Part shown: one piece after another, positions 38,385-38,465 of the stretch | Layout of the letters: the number at the start of each line of letters is the position of its first letter | How positions within the stretch are numbered: the first letter of the stretch is position 1 | From: a virus | Strand: one strand, 5' to 3' | IMG/VR virus record: IMGVR_UViG_3300018080_000066 | Length of the DNA stretch: 38,465 nucleotides | The notes under the pieces: generated by a model | Databases searched by the model: none | What the model saw: only the letters and a program-made list of their open reading frames with translations | Told to the model about the DNA's origin: nothing | Made by a program: the position numbers and the translations under genes

Positions 38385-38465
38385 GCTGCTCGTAAGTGCC
38401 GCCGCCATCTAATGTTAGGAGGGGGGCCGTGCGGGCGGCGGCTCGCCATCTCACGTATATCTCAC
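38343..38465. repeat. Right copy of the 123-bp exact direct terminal repeat
   Basis: Identical to 1-123. Confidence 0.97.

Overview
The window is one complete temperate, siphovirus-like phage genome or prophage. It is high in G+C (about two-thirds by eye) and is bounded by an exact 123-bp direct repeat (1-123 = 38343-38465), so the unique unit is 38,342 bp. The repeat begins with the reverse complement of the 5' half of a tRNA-Met(CAU)-like sequence and abuts a tyrosine integrase, so it is the att region.

Modules, left to right:
- Leftward operon (120-9916, minus strand): about 20 tightly coupled genes. These include the integrase, a C5-cytosine methyltransferase, a DUF5131/Gp37-Gp68 three-Cys protein, a radical-SAM enzyme, an HTH protein with an (AVGG)4 tandem repeat, an SLT-type lytic transglycosylase with a small 2-TM protein, and many hypotheticals.
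- Switch region (about 9840-10447): no credible ORF. It holds consensus-like promoters, a nested palindrome and a recurring GGGCGAGAC motif.
- Rightward accessory block: an XRE/cI-like repressor translationally coupled to a lower-GC membrane-anchored moron, a PD-(D/E)xK-like nuclease, and a ParB-domain/DPPY DNA methyltransferase fusion.
- A convergent minus-strand gene pair (13825-14811) that includes a HARE-HTH protein.
- Packaging genes: a TerS candidate, a GpA-type large terminase and two Zn-ribbon proteins.
- An apparently autonomous cassette (17897-19563) with a consensus promoter, twin hairpin+SD modules, an acidic Zn-ribbon miniprotein and a GcrA-like protein.
- A two-hairpin leader ending in a canonical intrinsic terminator.
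- Lambda-like head genes: gpW-like, portal, a single-ORF protease-scaffold-capsid fusion, a DUF2190 decoration protein and two tandem paralogs.
- Neck and tail genes: tail tube, G/GT chaperone needing a -1 frameshift, a 2-kb insert of membrane/lipoprotein genes, tape measure and three tail-tip proteins.
- A Mu Gam-like gene at the right end.

I found no rRNA, no CRISPR array, no complete tRNA, no transposase and no reverse transcriptase. All family assignments are by-eye motif recognition, not database searches.
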